NCBI GenBank assembly: GCA_035510735.1 | Contig: DATKGN010000012.1 | Coordinates: 9,013 to 73,012 of the forward strand | Direction of reading: 5' to 3' | Length of the DNA: 64,000 nucleotides | Origin: Patescibacteria group bacterium | Lineage (GTDB): Bacteria; Patescibacteriota; Microgenomatia; UBA10105; UBA927 | Notes under the pieces: model-generated | Told to the model about the DNA's origin: nothing | Database searches by the model: none | What the model saw: only the letters and a program-made list of their open reading frames with translations | Shown: piece after piece, positions 18,670 through 27,124 of the stretch | How positions within the stretch are numbered: position 1 is the stretch's first letter | How the letters are laid out: each line of letters begins with the position of its first letter | Translations under genes and position numbers: made by a program

Positions 18670-19443
18670 ATGGAAGAAAAGCGGATCGCCCTTGAGAAAG
18701 GAAATATTACCTATCTTAAAGACGGGAGCGGACCACCTTTATTATTCCTTCATGGCGGGCTTGCTTCACCGCATGCGTATATTCCGTTTATTGAACTTCT
18801 TGCACGGCGTTACACCGTTATCGCTCCAACGCACCCCGGTCACGGAGACTCATTTTCACTTCCTACCTCATGGCAGTTTGAGGATTACGGATTGGTGTAT
18901 GAGCATTTTTTTCAGGCGCTCAACCTGACACCACTCATGATGGTCGGTCATTCGTTCGGAGGGGCAATTGCGTTTTATCTTGCCGGGAAGCGACTGGCCA
19001 CTTCAATTGTCGCATTTGATGCGGTTGGACTTCCCGTTGCCGTAACCCGAAATGAATATCTGGAGACCCTTTCGCATGAGGCGCAGATAATGTTTCCCGA
19101 AGTCGTTAAACGGAAGCAACTTGCTGAGATGCTATCGGCGACGGGTAATATTCTCTATAACTCGTTTAAACACCCAGAGAGCATCTCGTGGCTCGAAACA
19201 AAAGGCACCCGTCTCGACCTGAGTGCCCTCCTTGCGACCATTGATATACCAGTTCATCTTTTTTGGGGTGCTGAAGACCGTATTATCCCGGTTTCCGTGG
19301 GGGAAGCGATGAAAAAAATATTGCCACACGCAACGCTCAAGATTTTTCCGGGCAAAGGACACGCATATATCGCAACCGACCCCGAATTTACGTATAACGA
19401 ATTCATGCAAGTACAGAAAAACAACAAAAATAGTTCTTCGTAA
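18670..19443 (+). CDS. alpha/beta hydrolase fold protein
   Basis: ATG at 18670 (MEEKRIALEKGNITYLKDGSGPPLLFLHGG...), nucleophile elbow GHSFGG, and C-terminal His (GKGHAY). The track ORF from 18502 is an upstream extension overlapping efp. Confidence 0.65.
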   Translation: MEEKRIALEKGNITYLKDGSGPPLLFLHGGLASPHAYIPFIELLARRYTVIAPTHPGHGDSFSLPTSWQFEDYGLVYEHFFQALNLTPLMMVGHSFGGAIAFYLAGKRLATSIVAFDAVGLPVAVTRNEYLETLSHEAQIMFPEVVKRKQLAEMLSATGNILYNSFKHPESISWLETKGTRLDLSALLATIDIPVHLFWGAEDRIIPVSVGEAMKKILPHATLKIFPGKGHAYIATDPEFTYNEFMQVQKNNKNSSS

Positions 19444-19490
19444 TCTTATATTATTTGCCCCCGCGCACTCTTGTACGCTACACTCGTAGT

Positions 19491-20687
19491 ATGCGGTTAA
19501 AACTGCCCAAATGGAAACAATTGCCTCTCTGGCATTGGATTGTGGCCGGAGTCGTTGCTGTTATCGTGGTACTAAGTATTACCACCTGGGCAGTTGATGC
19601 GTGGGATACAATTCAGGAAAAAATACAAGGCACTACATGGGAAAATCAAAAACTTCAAAGTCAGGTCGCAACAATTGCCCAAGAGTTAAGCGATATTCAG
19701 CATCAAGATCAGTACGTAAAGAATAAACAATTATCCTCGGATATTACAGATATTGAGTCGACGTATCAACAGACGGTAGCGACCTATGAAGACCTCCTTC
19801 GGCTCAAGGATGTGGAGAAAGATACGACGAAATACGATGATGCATTCGCTGACGTTCTTTCCCTTCTTTCAAAAAGAAATTACGCATCAGCGGCCTCCGA
19901 ACTTACAACGCTTCAGAATAATATAACTGGTGAGCAGCAAAAAATCGCAAGCTCATTCACGATTCCGAGTAATGTTCCTTCAAGTAATGCTCCGCCGGGG
20001 AGCGGGTTTAGTCAGCAATCGGTGACTACGGACATCGGGACGTTTTTAGTTGATATGATTGCCGCCGATGTAAGTACGACACACGTGTATGTGGATACCG
20101 CATCCTCAGGCACGTGCGGCAACAACTGTCCTGTATTACCTCTCGGAGATTACGTTTCAAGAACCGGCGCATTCGCCGGAGTGAACGGCGGCTATTTTTG
20201 CCCTGCTGATTATCCGAGTTGCGCCGGCAAAACCGGCTCATTTGATACGCTCCTCATGAATAAAAACAAGGTCTATTTTAATTCCGATAACAATGTGTAT
20301 AGCACGGTCCCCGCTGTTATTTTCGGAAACGGATTTATCCGGTTTGTCGGCCGGTCGCTTGAGTGGGGGAGAGATACGGGTATCGATAGCATGATTGCCA
20401 ACCAGCCTCTCGTTCTTTCCGGTGGCACTATCGCCTTCGGTGGAAACGGGGACCCGAAAATGAGTTCAAAAAGCACCCGCGGGTTTGTTGCCAATAAAGG
20501 AAATACTGTCTACATCGGGATGATGTTCAATGCGTCAGTTTCGGATATGGGGCATATTGCAAAAGCGTTGGGGTTTGATAACACATTAAATCTTGATGAT
20601 GGCGGCTCGGCAGCGCTCTGGAGCGGAGGATATAAAGTAGGTCCGGGGCGGAATTTACCGAACGCGATTGTGTTTGTAAGGAAATAA
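19491..20687 (+). CDS. membrane-anchored protein with a C-terminal phosphodiester glycosidase (NAGPA-like/DUF2233) domain
   Basis: N-terminal TM, a coiled-coil region, then GAFAGVNGGYF...GRDTGIDSM...LNLDDGGSAALW, which is characteristic of phosphodiester glycosidase family proteins. Confidence 0.5.
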   Translation: MRLKLPKWKQLPLWHWIVAGVVAVIVVLSITTWAVDAWDTIQEKIQGTTWENQKLQSQVATIAQELSDIQHQDQYVKNKQLSSDITDIESTYQQTVATYEDLLRLKDVEKDTTKYDDAFADVLSLLSKRNYASAASELTTLQNNITGEQQKIASSFTIPSNVPSSNAPPGSGFSQQSVTTDIGTFLVDMIAADVSTTHVYVDTASSGTCGNNCPVLPLGDYVSRTGAFAGVNGGYFCPADYPSCAGKTGSFDTLLMNKNKVYFNSDNNVYSTVPAVIFGNGFIRFVGRSLEWGRDTGIDSMIANQPLVLSGGTIAFGGNGDPKMSSKSTRGFVANKGNTVYIGMMFNASVSDMGHIAKALGFDNTLNLDDGGSAALWSGGYKVGPGRNLPNAIVFVRK

Positions 20688-20734
20688 TTCGCGTTGACAA
20701 CTCGTGTTGTCAATGGAACAATGAAATTATCTCT

Positions 20735-21706
20735 ATGGCAGATCCGATAACAACAGACGATTTGTACGGTTCATCAAACGGTGAAAAAACCCCGCCGCAA
20801 CCGCCCGCGGAACCGGTAAAGACCGTATCACCCATTCCCATTGAGGAAACGCCGGAAATCCTTCCTATTCCTGAAGAGCCGGGGGCACAATTAAAACCGC
20901 AAACCCAATCGGCTCCTGCAACATCCGCACCTCCTGTTCCCAAGCCACAGGCTCCTGCTACTCCTAAAAAACGGTCAGGTTCATGTCTCGGAACATTTTT
21001 TACCATCGTCGTGTTCATCGCATTGTTTATCGCAGGAATACTGTTGAGTAGTTACGTACGGCAATTTTTCCCGAACGGACTCGGGGGAATTTTATCCGTT
21101 TTCAAATCAACAGCAAACTCAAATATCGCGCCAACACCTACGTCCGAGATAGCAAATCCGCAAACCGCAAGCTCCTCGTCAGATTGGAAAACATATCAGG
21201 TGGTAAGCGGTGTGACGAAGTTGCCGTTAACCGGCGTGAGTTTTCAGTTGCCGCCCGATGTGTTACCGCCGATTTGTGACGGGACATCGTGTTCCTCCCA
21301 AGGGACATACCTTTCGGGTGGTACCAGATTCACTGTTGCGCCACGGGGAACCGGACAGCTCCTTCCTGATTACCGCGGCAGTGCAATAAGCGATGTCGGC
21401 GGTATCGTATTTACTGCAAAACCAACAACCGTTGTCGGCCACCCGGCAATGGAATTTACGGGAACGTTTACCGGCCACACTATTTCCGGATACGCATTTT
21501 CCCAGATGCACGGCGATATGATCGCGCTTACTGACTCAACATCCCTGGAAATAAATCACTTTGTACCGAGCGGCATTACTGCCGACTTTGCATCGGATGA
21601 TGCTATTTTTAATAAAATATTACAATCATTGGTCTTACCAACGAGTTCACTCACTCCGTCACCAACTCCAACCTCAGTTCAAACGGCGACGTCATCGGGA
21701 TACTGA
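20735..21706 (+). CDS. Pro/Thr/Ser-rich single-pass membrane protein, unknown function
   Basis: Pro-rich low-complexity N-terminus (PPQPPAEPVKTVSPIPIEETPEILPIPEEPGAQLKPQTQSAPATSAPPVPKPQAPATP), one TM helix, and a C-terminal globular part. Confidence 0.4.
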   Translation: MADPITTDDLYGSSNGEKTPPQPPAEPVKTVSPIPIEETPEILPIPEEPGAQLKPQTQSAPATSAPPVPKPQAPATPKKRSGSCLGTFFTIVVFIALFIAGILLSSYVRQFFPNGLGGILSVFKSTANSNIAPTPTSEIANPQTASSSSDWKTYQVVSGVTKLPLTGVSFQLPPDVLPPICDGTSCSSQGTYLSGGTRFTVAPRGTGQLLPDYRGSAISDVGGIVFTAKPTTVVGHPAMEFTGTFTGHTISGYAFSQMHGDMIALTDSTSLEINHFVPSGITADFASDDAIFNKILQSLVLPTSSLTPSPTPTSVQTATSSGY

Positions 21707-21815
21707 TGTCATCCCCGCGAAGGCGGGGACCCCTGTTTGATTAGTACACAAAAAACGATTCCCGATCCCAACTTGGCCAAGGCTACGTCGGGCGAGGCGG
21801 GTCGGGAATGACAAA
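21707..21815. repeat. MITE/REP-like GC-rich hairpin repeat, 'TGTCATYC...GRAATGACA' family (copy 1), between convergent genes
   Basis: tgtcatccCCGCgaagGCGGggac hairpin at 21707-21733, and gggtcgggaatgacaaaaag at 21797-21816. The termini and GAAG-loop stem match copies at 39827-39885, 48526-48650 and 58861-58987. Confidence 0.55.
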
Positions 21816-21820
21816 AAGAA

Positions 21821-24202
21821 TTAGGGCCACGAGGAAATAATAAGCGGCGTCCCATCCCATCCTTCAATTTTTTGATAGAGCGCTTCCGTCACAAACGGCA
21901 TGAAAGGGTGGAGAAGTTTTAAGATATTCATGTATAAGTGTCGAAGAACGGCAAGCGCCTGCGGATCGCCGGCCTTAAACCGCTCTTTGTTTTTTTCGAG
22001 ATGCACGTCGGCGATCCGGTGCCACGCAAAATCATAGATCGTCTGGGCCGCATCGGAAAGCCGGTAATTTCCCATATATTTCCCGACTTTTGATTTCATC
22101 ATATTAAACTCCGTTATAATCCGTTTGTCGTTAGGATTGGTGAGCGTTTTATGGAACGCCTCATTATAGAAGGGGACGGTGATGTTCTGTGCTTTGGCGG
22201 CGTCAAAATTCATTTGGATAAATCGTCCGATGTTCCAAAGCTTATTGGCAAAGTTCCGCATCCCGCGGATTTTATCTTCGGAGAGAGATTGATCATTGCC
22301 AGCAGCCGTGCCAAATATAAGGGAAAACCGGAGTGCATCAGCGCCATACATATCTGCCATCTTCAGGGGGTTAATCACATTACCCTTGCTTTTGCTCATT
22401 TTTTGGCCTTTAGCATCCCGCACTAGGCCATGGAGGTAAACGGTTTTGAAAGGCACCCTAGAGGTCCTGTAAAGCCCTAGCATGGCCATTCGGCACACCC
22501 ACCAGGGAAGTATATCGTATCCTGTCTCCATGACGCTTGTGGGGTAAAAGTACTCATAGTCTCCTTTAAACGGACTAGCCTCAAGGGTTGCAAACGGCCA
22601 CTGGCCGGAGGAGAACCAGGTGTCAAAGGTGTCTGTTTCTTGTAAGTAATTATTTCCTGGGGCATCTGCTGAAATAACAAATGTAGATTCGGGAGGCGCT
22701 TGGACAGATTGAATGCCATTTTGTATTTCTTCTAACGTAAAGTTTTTTACATGATAATTTTCATCATGAGCTCTATTAGTGTTTCCTTTAAATGTTCGAT
22801 AATCACCCGCAGATTGTGGGTTATGCTGCAAAAGTTCTTGAATTTCTCCACCAACCGTTACATCTTCGTATCTAAACTCAATCTTTAATTTTGGATTTTC
22901 TTCAACTGAGTACCAAACCGGAATCCGTATTCCCCACACTATCTGCCGGCTTATATTCCAGTCATGGAAGTTGGTGAGCCACTGATTGGCTAATTTTTCA
23001 AACCGTTTCGGAACAAACGTAATTTTTTTCTCTTTTATTGCCTTTTTTACGGCATCGGCTAATGGTTTTACTTTCACAAACCATTGTTGCATCGGGAGGG
23101 GTTCAATAACTGTTCCGGACTTGTAGCAAAGGCCGATCCGGTGGGTGTAGTTCTCGTCAATTTTCACCAGCAATCCGTCTTCTTTGAGATGTTCGACCAT
23201 AAGTGGCCGGACTTCTGCAATTTTTTTGCCGTGATAGAGTTCCGCACGTGCGCGATACTTTTCCGGTATATCCTTCTTCGCCAAAAACCAGGAGAAGTCC
23301 ATGCGGCCCTTAAACGTAATAATTGGCGTGACCGGTAAATTATATTTTTGGCCTAATTCAAAATCATGGTGATCATGGGCGGGCGTCACTTTCATAATAC
23401 CGGTCCCGAATTCCATATCTACTTCGGGATCAGCAATTACCGTCATCGTAATCGGTCCCAAGAGTCCCTGAATATCGAGCGTTTTTCCGATCCACTTCTT
23501 ATACCGTTTGTCTTTTGGGTTGACCGCAAGCGCCGTGTCGCGGAATTTAGTTTCAGGCCTCGTGGTTGCAATCGTAAACGGACCGTATTTCATGTAGTAC
23601 AAGGGGTCTTTCCGTTCCTCATATTTGACCTCGAGATCCGAAAATCCGGTGCCGCACTTCGTGCAATAATTGACGAGTCTCATACCTCGATAAATTAATT
23701 TATCGTCGTATAATTTCTTGAACGTTTGATAGACGATTGCGACGACTTTGGGATCAAGGGTAAAAATATTTCTCGACCAGTCCAAAGAAAAGCCTAAACG
23801 TCGAAGTTGATTTTCCATCGTTCCTCGATTTTGGTGTACGAAATCCCAGATGTTTTTGTATAAAGTCTTGCGGTCAAAATCGAAACGGCTTTTACCCTCT
23901 TTTGCAAGCGCTTTTTCATACACATACTGCGTTTCAAAACCCGCGTGGTCGGCGCCCGGGAGCCACAATGTCGGGTCGCCTTTCATGCGGTGATATCTGA
24001 TAAGAATATCCTCGACCACGTACATCGCATGACCTAGATGAAGATCAGCATTTGCGTTCGGGGGAGGGAGGAGGATGGTAAACGGTTCCTTCGTTTTATC
24101 TATTTTGGGTACAAAATACCCGCCCTGTTCCCAGAGTTTATATATTTCAGCCTCCGTCGCTTTCGGATCGTACGCTTTGTCCATAGATCTATTAAACCAC
24201 AA
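21821..24202 (-). CDS. valS: valine--tRNA ligase
   Basis: Class I HIGH (PNANADLHLGHAM) and KMSKS (KMSKSKGN) motifs, ValRS-typical TTRPET-like block (TTRPETKFRDTALAVNPKDKRY), and N-terminal MDKAYDPKATEAEIYKLWEQ. The probable start is the second Met (24184). Confidence 0.85.
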   Translation of the reverse strand: MWFNRSMDKAYDPKATEAEIYKLWEQGGYFVPKIDKTKEPFTILLPPPNANADLHLGHAMYVVEDILIRYHRMKGDPTLWLPGADHAGFETQYVYEKALAKEGKSRFDFDRKTLYKNIWDFVHQNRGTMENQLRRLGFSLDWSRNIFTLDPKVVAIVYQTFKKLYDDKLIYRGMRLVNYCTKCGTGFSDLEVKYEERKDPLYYMKYGPFTIATTRPETKFRDTALAVNPKDKRYKKWIGKTLDIQGLLGPITMTVIADPEVDMEFGTGIMKVTPAHDHHDFELGQKYNLPVTPIITFKGRMDFSWFLAKKDIPEKYRARAELYHGKKIAEVRPLMVEHLKEDGLLVKIDENYTHRIGLCYKSGTVIEPLPMQQWFVKVKPLADAVKKAIKEKKITFVPKRFEKLANQWLTNFHDWNISRQIVWGIRIPVWYSVEENPKLKIEFRYEDVTVGGEIQELLQHNPQSAGDYRTFKGNTNRAHDENYHVKNFTLEEIQNGIQSVQAPPESTFVISADAPGNNYLQETDTFDTWFSSGQWPFATLEASPFKGDYEYFYPTSVMETGYDILPWWVCRMAMLGLYRTSRVPFKTVYLHGLVRDAKGQKMSKSKGNVINPLKMADMYGADALRFSLIFGTAAGNDQSLSEDKIRGMRNFANKLWNIGRFIQMNFDAAKAQNITVPFYNEAFHKTLTNPNDKRIITEFNMMKSKVGKYMGNYRLSDAAQTIYDFAWHRIADVHLEKNKERFKAGDPQALAVLRHLYMNILKLLHPFMPFVTEALYQKIEGWDGTPLIISSWP

Positions 24203-24403
24203 AAAAAGGTACCCGATATTTTATAAGGACCCTTCGACTATGCTCAGGGTGGTACCACCTTATTTGCTTCTTATTATTGCTGTTACGGGCAAACCCGGTC
24301 AACTTACTCTTAGTTCAGATGACAGCTCATCCCGTGACTGGCGGGATTCAGATGCATTTAGGCTATTATAGCGTGATATTTATGAAGATGTCAAAAGACG
24401 TCT

Positions 24404-25264
24404 TTACAACTCATCGAGTTTGACGTTGTCGGGTTTCTGGTCTTTAACGAGCTCGAGATAGCGCTCGGTTGTAGAGAGTCGCTTGTGTCCGACAAGTTTC
24501 GATAGTGTGGTGATTGGCGTTCCCGCCATCAGATGATGGGCGATGAAGGTGTGCCGGAGATCGTTGACCTTCGCGCCTTCAATGCCTGCGATTCGGAAAT
24601 ACCGGTCAATGGCTGTTCTGATATTGCGGATTAAAAGCGGCCGTCCGGTTTTGGTGATAAACAGGGCTTTGCTTTGTCCGGTTGTCCCCCGTACGGTCAA
24701 ATAACGGTCGAGTGCTTCTTTACCTGCTTTATTCAGCGGCACATTTCGCTCTGCGTGTCCCTCCTGGGAGGCAATATGAAGTTCTGTTTCTTTAATATCG
24801 TCAAGCGAAAGGTTGGCAAGTTCGCCAATCCTGAGGCCCGTCTGCAAAAATACTTCAACGATTGCGTAGATACGGACGTCACCCCTGCATGCATCGCGAA
24901 GGGCGCGGTATTCAATTTTGGAAAGAATCCGCGGCGGCTTTACTTCGTATTTGGGATGTTCAATTTCAATTGCCGGATCTGATGTGACGATACCGGCGGC
25001 CTTTAAAAAGCGGAAAAAGGTTTTAATGGAATTGATTTTCCGGGAGATCGACTTGGGAGTATAGCTGTCGCTGGCGAGTTTCTTCAGGAATGCATCAAGT
25101 TCATCCCGGGTAATTTCGTTAATTGTTTTTTTCCCGGTATTTGCCAAAAACAGGGTAAGTTGTTCAATATCTTTGCCGTATGCTACGATGGTAGCGCGAG
25201 CGCGTTTCCGGCTCTCAAGATATTGTGTAAATTGTAGATGAGCGTCTTTTAGTATAACTGACAT
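24404..25264 (-). CDS. xerC: tyrosine site-specific recombinase, XerC/XerD-like
   Basis: 286 aa, N-terminal SAM-like core-binding domain, C-terminal catalytic residues (R...HTFIAH..., LVGHKRLSTTERY). Its length and layout fit Xer-type recombinases rather than integron IntI. Confidence 0.7.
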   Translation of the reverse strand: MSVILKDAHLQFTQYLESRKRARATIVAYGKDIEQLTLFLANTGKKTINEITRDELDAFLKKLASDSYTPKSISRKINSIKTFFRFLKAAGIVTSDPAIEIEHPKYEVKPPRILSKIEYRALRDACRGDVRIYAIVEVFLQTGLRIGELANLSLDDIKETELHIASQEGHAERNVPLNKAGKEALDRYLTVRGTTGQSKALFITKTGRPLLIRNIRTAIDRYFRIAGIEGAKVNDLRHTFIAHHLMAGTPITTLSKLVGHKRLSTTERYLELVKDQKPDNVKLDEL

Positions 25265-25397
25265 GTAATTGTCTTTGTGGCAGGTTTAGAGCTGAATATC
25301 ACTCTAATCGTAAAGAGAATAACCTATAATATCATGAAAAAAGTTTGTTTGCAAGTATCAGTTTATTGTCAGGCTATTTGAAGCTAAACATACGGAT

Positions 25398-25754
25398 ATG
25401 AAGGTATTCAGTCATCCATTTGTCCGGTTAGGAATCATTATTGTTGGATGTTTCATTATTATAGGTATGGCTCAATCCATTATTTCAGATTTACAACGCA
25501 ACGATATCGTGGCTGAGCGGAAAAGTACGCTTGCCCAAGAGGAGAAGAGAAATGAGGCGTTACAGGAAGAGATGCGTGTGGCGACCAGTGCATCGTTTAT
25601 CGAAAAACAGGCACGGGATAAGTTGGGACTTGCAAAATCCGGAGATACGATCGTTCTTATGACTACTCCGAGAAATGTTCCGCCGTCAGACTGGAATCCG
25701 GGCACTGAGGCAAATTTGACCACCTGGCAACGATGGTGGAAGCTGTTTTTCTAG
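25398..25754 (+). CDS. ftsB: septum formation initiator family protein (FtsB/DivIC-like)
   Basis: N-terminal TM helix, a coiled coil, then FIEKQARDKLGLAKSGDTIV, which is typical of FtsB/DivIC. Confidence 0.6.
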   Translation: MKVFSHPFVRLGIIIVGCFIIIGMAQSIISDLQRNDIVAERKSTLAQEEKRNEALQEEMRVATSASFIEKQARDKLGLAKSGDTIVLMTTPRNVPPSDWNPGTEANLTTWQRWWKLFF

Positions 25755-25860
25755 GGAAGCCCTCCGCATCTTACCGTTCGCCTTTCCAGTACTATTTCCT
25801 TCGGCTTTGCTCAGGATAAACTGTACACGGCTCACGGAGCGATTACTGGAGGGCATTGTT
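25755..25860 (-). ncRNA. ffs: candidate small (4.5S-type) SRP RNA
   Basis: Minus-strand read: ...GCCCUCCAGUAAUCGCUCCGUGAGCCGUGUACAGUUUAUCCUGAGCAAAGCCGAAGGAAAUAGUACUGGAAAGGCGAACGGUAAGAUGCGGAGGGC. The core GUUUAUCCUGAGCAAAGCCGAAGGAAAUAG aligns with the E. coli 4.5S domain IV motif GUUUACCAGGUCAGGUCCGGAAGGAAGCAG. The 5' GCCCUCC and 3' GGAGGGC close the molecule. Length is about 100 nt. Confidence 0.45.
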
Positions 25861-25919
25861 ATTTCTAAACTCTCCTTCTCCGCCAGTTGGCGGATCAGGA
25901 TCGTTAAGAAATATCAATG

Positions 25920-25991
25920 TGCCAGCGGCAGGAATCGGACCTGCTACCCATGCCTTATGAAGACACTGCTCTACCAATGAGCTACGCTGGC
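25920..25991 (-). tRNA. tRNA-Met (anticodon CAT), elongator type; 3' CCA not encoded
   Basis: Minus-strand GCCAGCG-UA-GCUC-AUUGGUA-GAGC-A-GUGUC-UUCAUAA-GGCAU-GGGUA-GCAGG-UCCGAUU-CCUGC-CGCUGGC-A gives a clean cloverleaf with CAU at positions 34-36 and U33/A37. The G1-C72 pair and absence of a GGG/CCC anticodon stem argue against initiator. tRNA-Ile(CAU) cannot be excluded from sequence alone. Confidence 0.85.
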
Positions 25992-26060
25992 AACAGGCTC
26001 TATTGTACTAATTTCAGATTCAAAAGACAACGACTTAAGCCCATAATAACGTTGTTTTGT

Positions 26061-26735
26061 TCACTGCCGTTTTAATCCCTCTATCCATCCGTGGATTTTT
26101 CGAAGCAAATCAGTGCTTTTGGATACGCGTATACGAATAACGCCGTGATAGTCCTCCGGATGGTCGTATAGTTTTTTCCATCGGACTTTCTGAAAAAATG
26201 GCTTTTGGAATTGCTCTTTTGAAATTGATAATTGGCTTGCCCAATATGATTCGATATCAGCGACTTTATCTCTATATGCCTCATTGACTCCAACTCGGAG
26301 TTTTAAGCGATCATTGGTAATATTACAGCATTTTTGAAGCCAATTGATAAAAAATTTTGCCATTAACGGGTCTAAATTTGCGAATCCCACTTGATTATCT
26401 TTTTTGAATCCCTCAGCCCAATAGAGGCTAATACCTGAAATAAACAATTCCCGTTCCGTTAGTTGGTCAACGTCGCGAATACCATCTTTTAGAAGCTGTA
26501 GCGTTTTTTCTCGACGTTTCTTTTGTTGGGTTTTTACATACGCAAGTCTTCGGCCGTAATACGGGTCGTGTTGTCGTTTCTCAAGTATGGCAATTTGGGT
26601 TGGCGTAAGTTCAATGTCCTTACACCATTGGCTTACTGTGCTTGAAGAAACATGTAATCTGTAGGCGATCGTTTTTACTCCAAGTCCTCGTTTTCGAAGG
26701 GTTCTGGCTTTTCGTCGCAAGAGTGGTTTGGCCAT
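26061..26735 (-). CDS. HTH-domain protein of unknown function (N-terminal DNA-binding HTH; C-terminal domain with an LxxAEG motif)
   Basis: The N-terminus (LRKRGLGVKTIAYRLHVSSSTVSQWCKDIEL) is a transposase/terminase-like HTH. The remaining 130 aa have no recognisable catalytic motif, though ISGISLYWAEGFKKD is loosely LAGLIDADG-like. It is the first gene after tRNA-Met. Confidence 0.4.
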   Translation of the reverse strand: MAKPLLRRKARTLRKRGLGVKTIAYRLHVSSSTVSQWCKDIELTPTQIAILEKRQHDPYYGRRLAYVKTQQKKRREKTLQLLKDGIRDVDQLTERELFISGISLYWAEGFKKDNQVGFANLDPLMAKFFINWLQKCCNITNDRLKLRVGVNEAYRDKVADIESYWASQLSISKEQFQKPFFQKVRWKKLYDHPEDYHGVIRIRVSKSTDLLRKIHGWIEGLKRQ

Positions 26736-26744
26736 ATAGATTTA

Positions 26745-26780
26745 TTATTATAATAGCCTAGGTTCGATTATGAAGTCAAT
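26745..26780 (-). promoter_or_regulatory. sigma70-like promoter for the HTH gene (minus-sense TTGACT - 18 nt - TATTATAAT)
   Basis: Minus-strand read: cattgacttcataatcgaacctaggctattataataataaatctatATG. The -35 corresponds to plus 26775-26780 and the -10 to about 26745-26753. Confidence 0.4.
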
Positions 26781-26879
26781 GTAGGTTGACGCAGTGACGA
26801 AAGATAAAGTATAATCTCTATGTTCTTTAATGAACCGCGGGGTAGTGTAGAGTAGCACAGAAGGCTCAAGTATGGGCTG

Positions 26880-26896
26880 TCTTGAAATTTTCAAGA
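26880..26896. promoter_or_regulatory. 17-bp perfect palindrome TCTTGAAA-T-TTTCAAGA (candidate operator) in a 390-nt noncoding leader
   Basis: Seen directly in the sequence; about 145 nt upstream of the HTH gene start, inside the 26736-27124 region that has no convincing ORF. Confidence 0.3.
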
Positions 26897-27084
26897 TAGA
26901 ATTTGGCTGTATCGGTGAAGTCCCAACATATAGTGGATAATACCGAGGCAATCTCTGATGAATATTGGAGCGAGTCCGTAGAGACTATACGCCAAATCCG
27001 TCGACCGACGGAATGATATAGTCCGACACTCTCAGGAATGGGAGATAACAGGAAAGCATAATCTTCTAGACCAGGCGCGCCTCC

Positions 27085-27115
27085 TGGCCCCGCAACATAC
27101 TCTAGTTTAGAGCGT
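27085..27115 (-). repeat. cassette-boundary element, copy 0 (partial: CCCCGCAACATAC...TTTAGAGCG), 10-40 nt 3' of the MFS gene stop
   Basis: Shares the CCCGCAACATA core and downstream TAGAGCG with the copies at 28394, 29516, 30341 and 31086. Confidence 0.4.
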
Positions 27116-27124
27116 ACAAACTCT

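Noticed and set aside
20688-20735. Promoter call from the TTGACAACTCGTGTTGTCAA palindrome upstream of the Pro-rich protein gene
   Set aside because: A TTGACA hexamer is present (20694-20699) but no acceptable -10 follows at 16-18 nt. The palindrome TTGACAA...TTGTCAA may instead be an operator, which is too speculative to list as a feature.
24404-25264. Possibility that the tyrosine recombinase is an integron integrase (IntI) driving the cassette array
   Set aside because: At 286 aa it has no room for the IntI-specific extra domain. It is co-oriented with the array rather than divergent from it, and it is separated from the array by ftsB-like, an SRP RNA candidate, tRNA-Met and an HTH gene, so XerC/D-like is the safer call. 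The array elements also do not match the canonical attC R''/R' core GTTRRRY. The cassette hypothesis is kept, but not as a classical integron.
25755-25860. Plus-strand reading of the structured RNA between ftsB-like and tRNA-Met
   Set aside because: The SRP domain IV-like sequence (GUUUAUCCUGAGCAAAGCCGAAGGAAAUAG) appears only on the minus strand, and the plus-strand read has no match to known RNA families I can recall.
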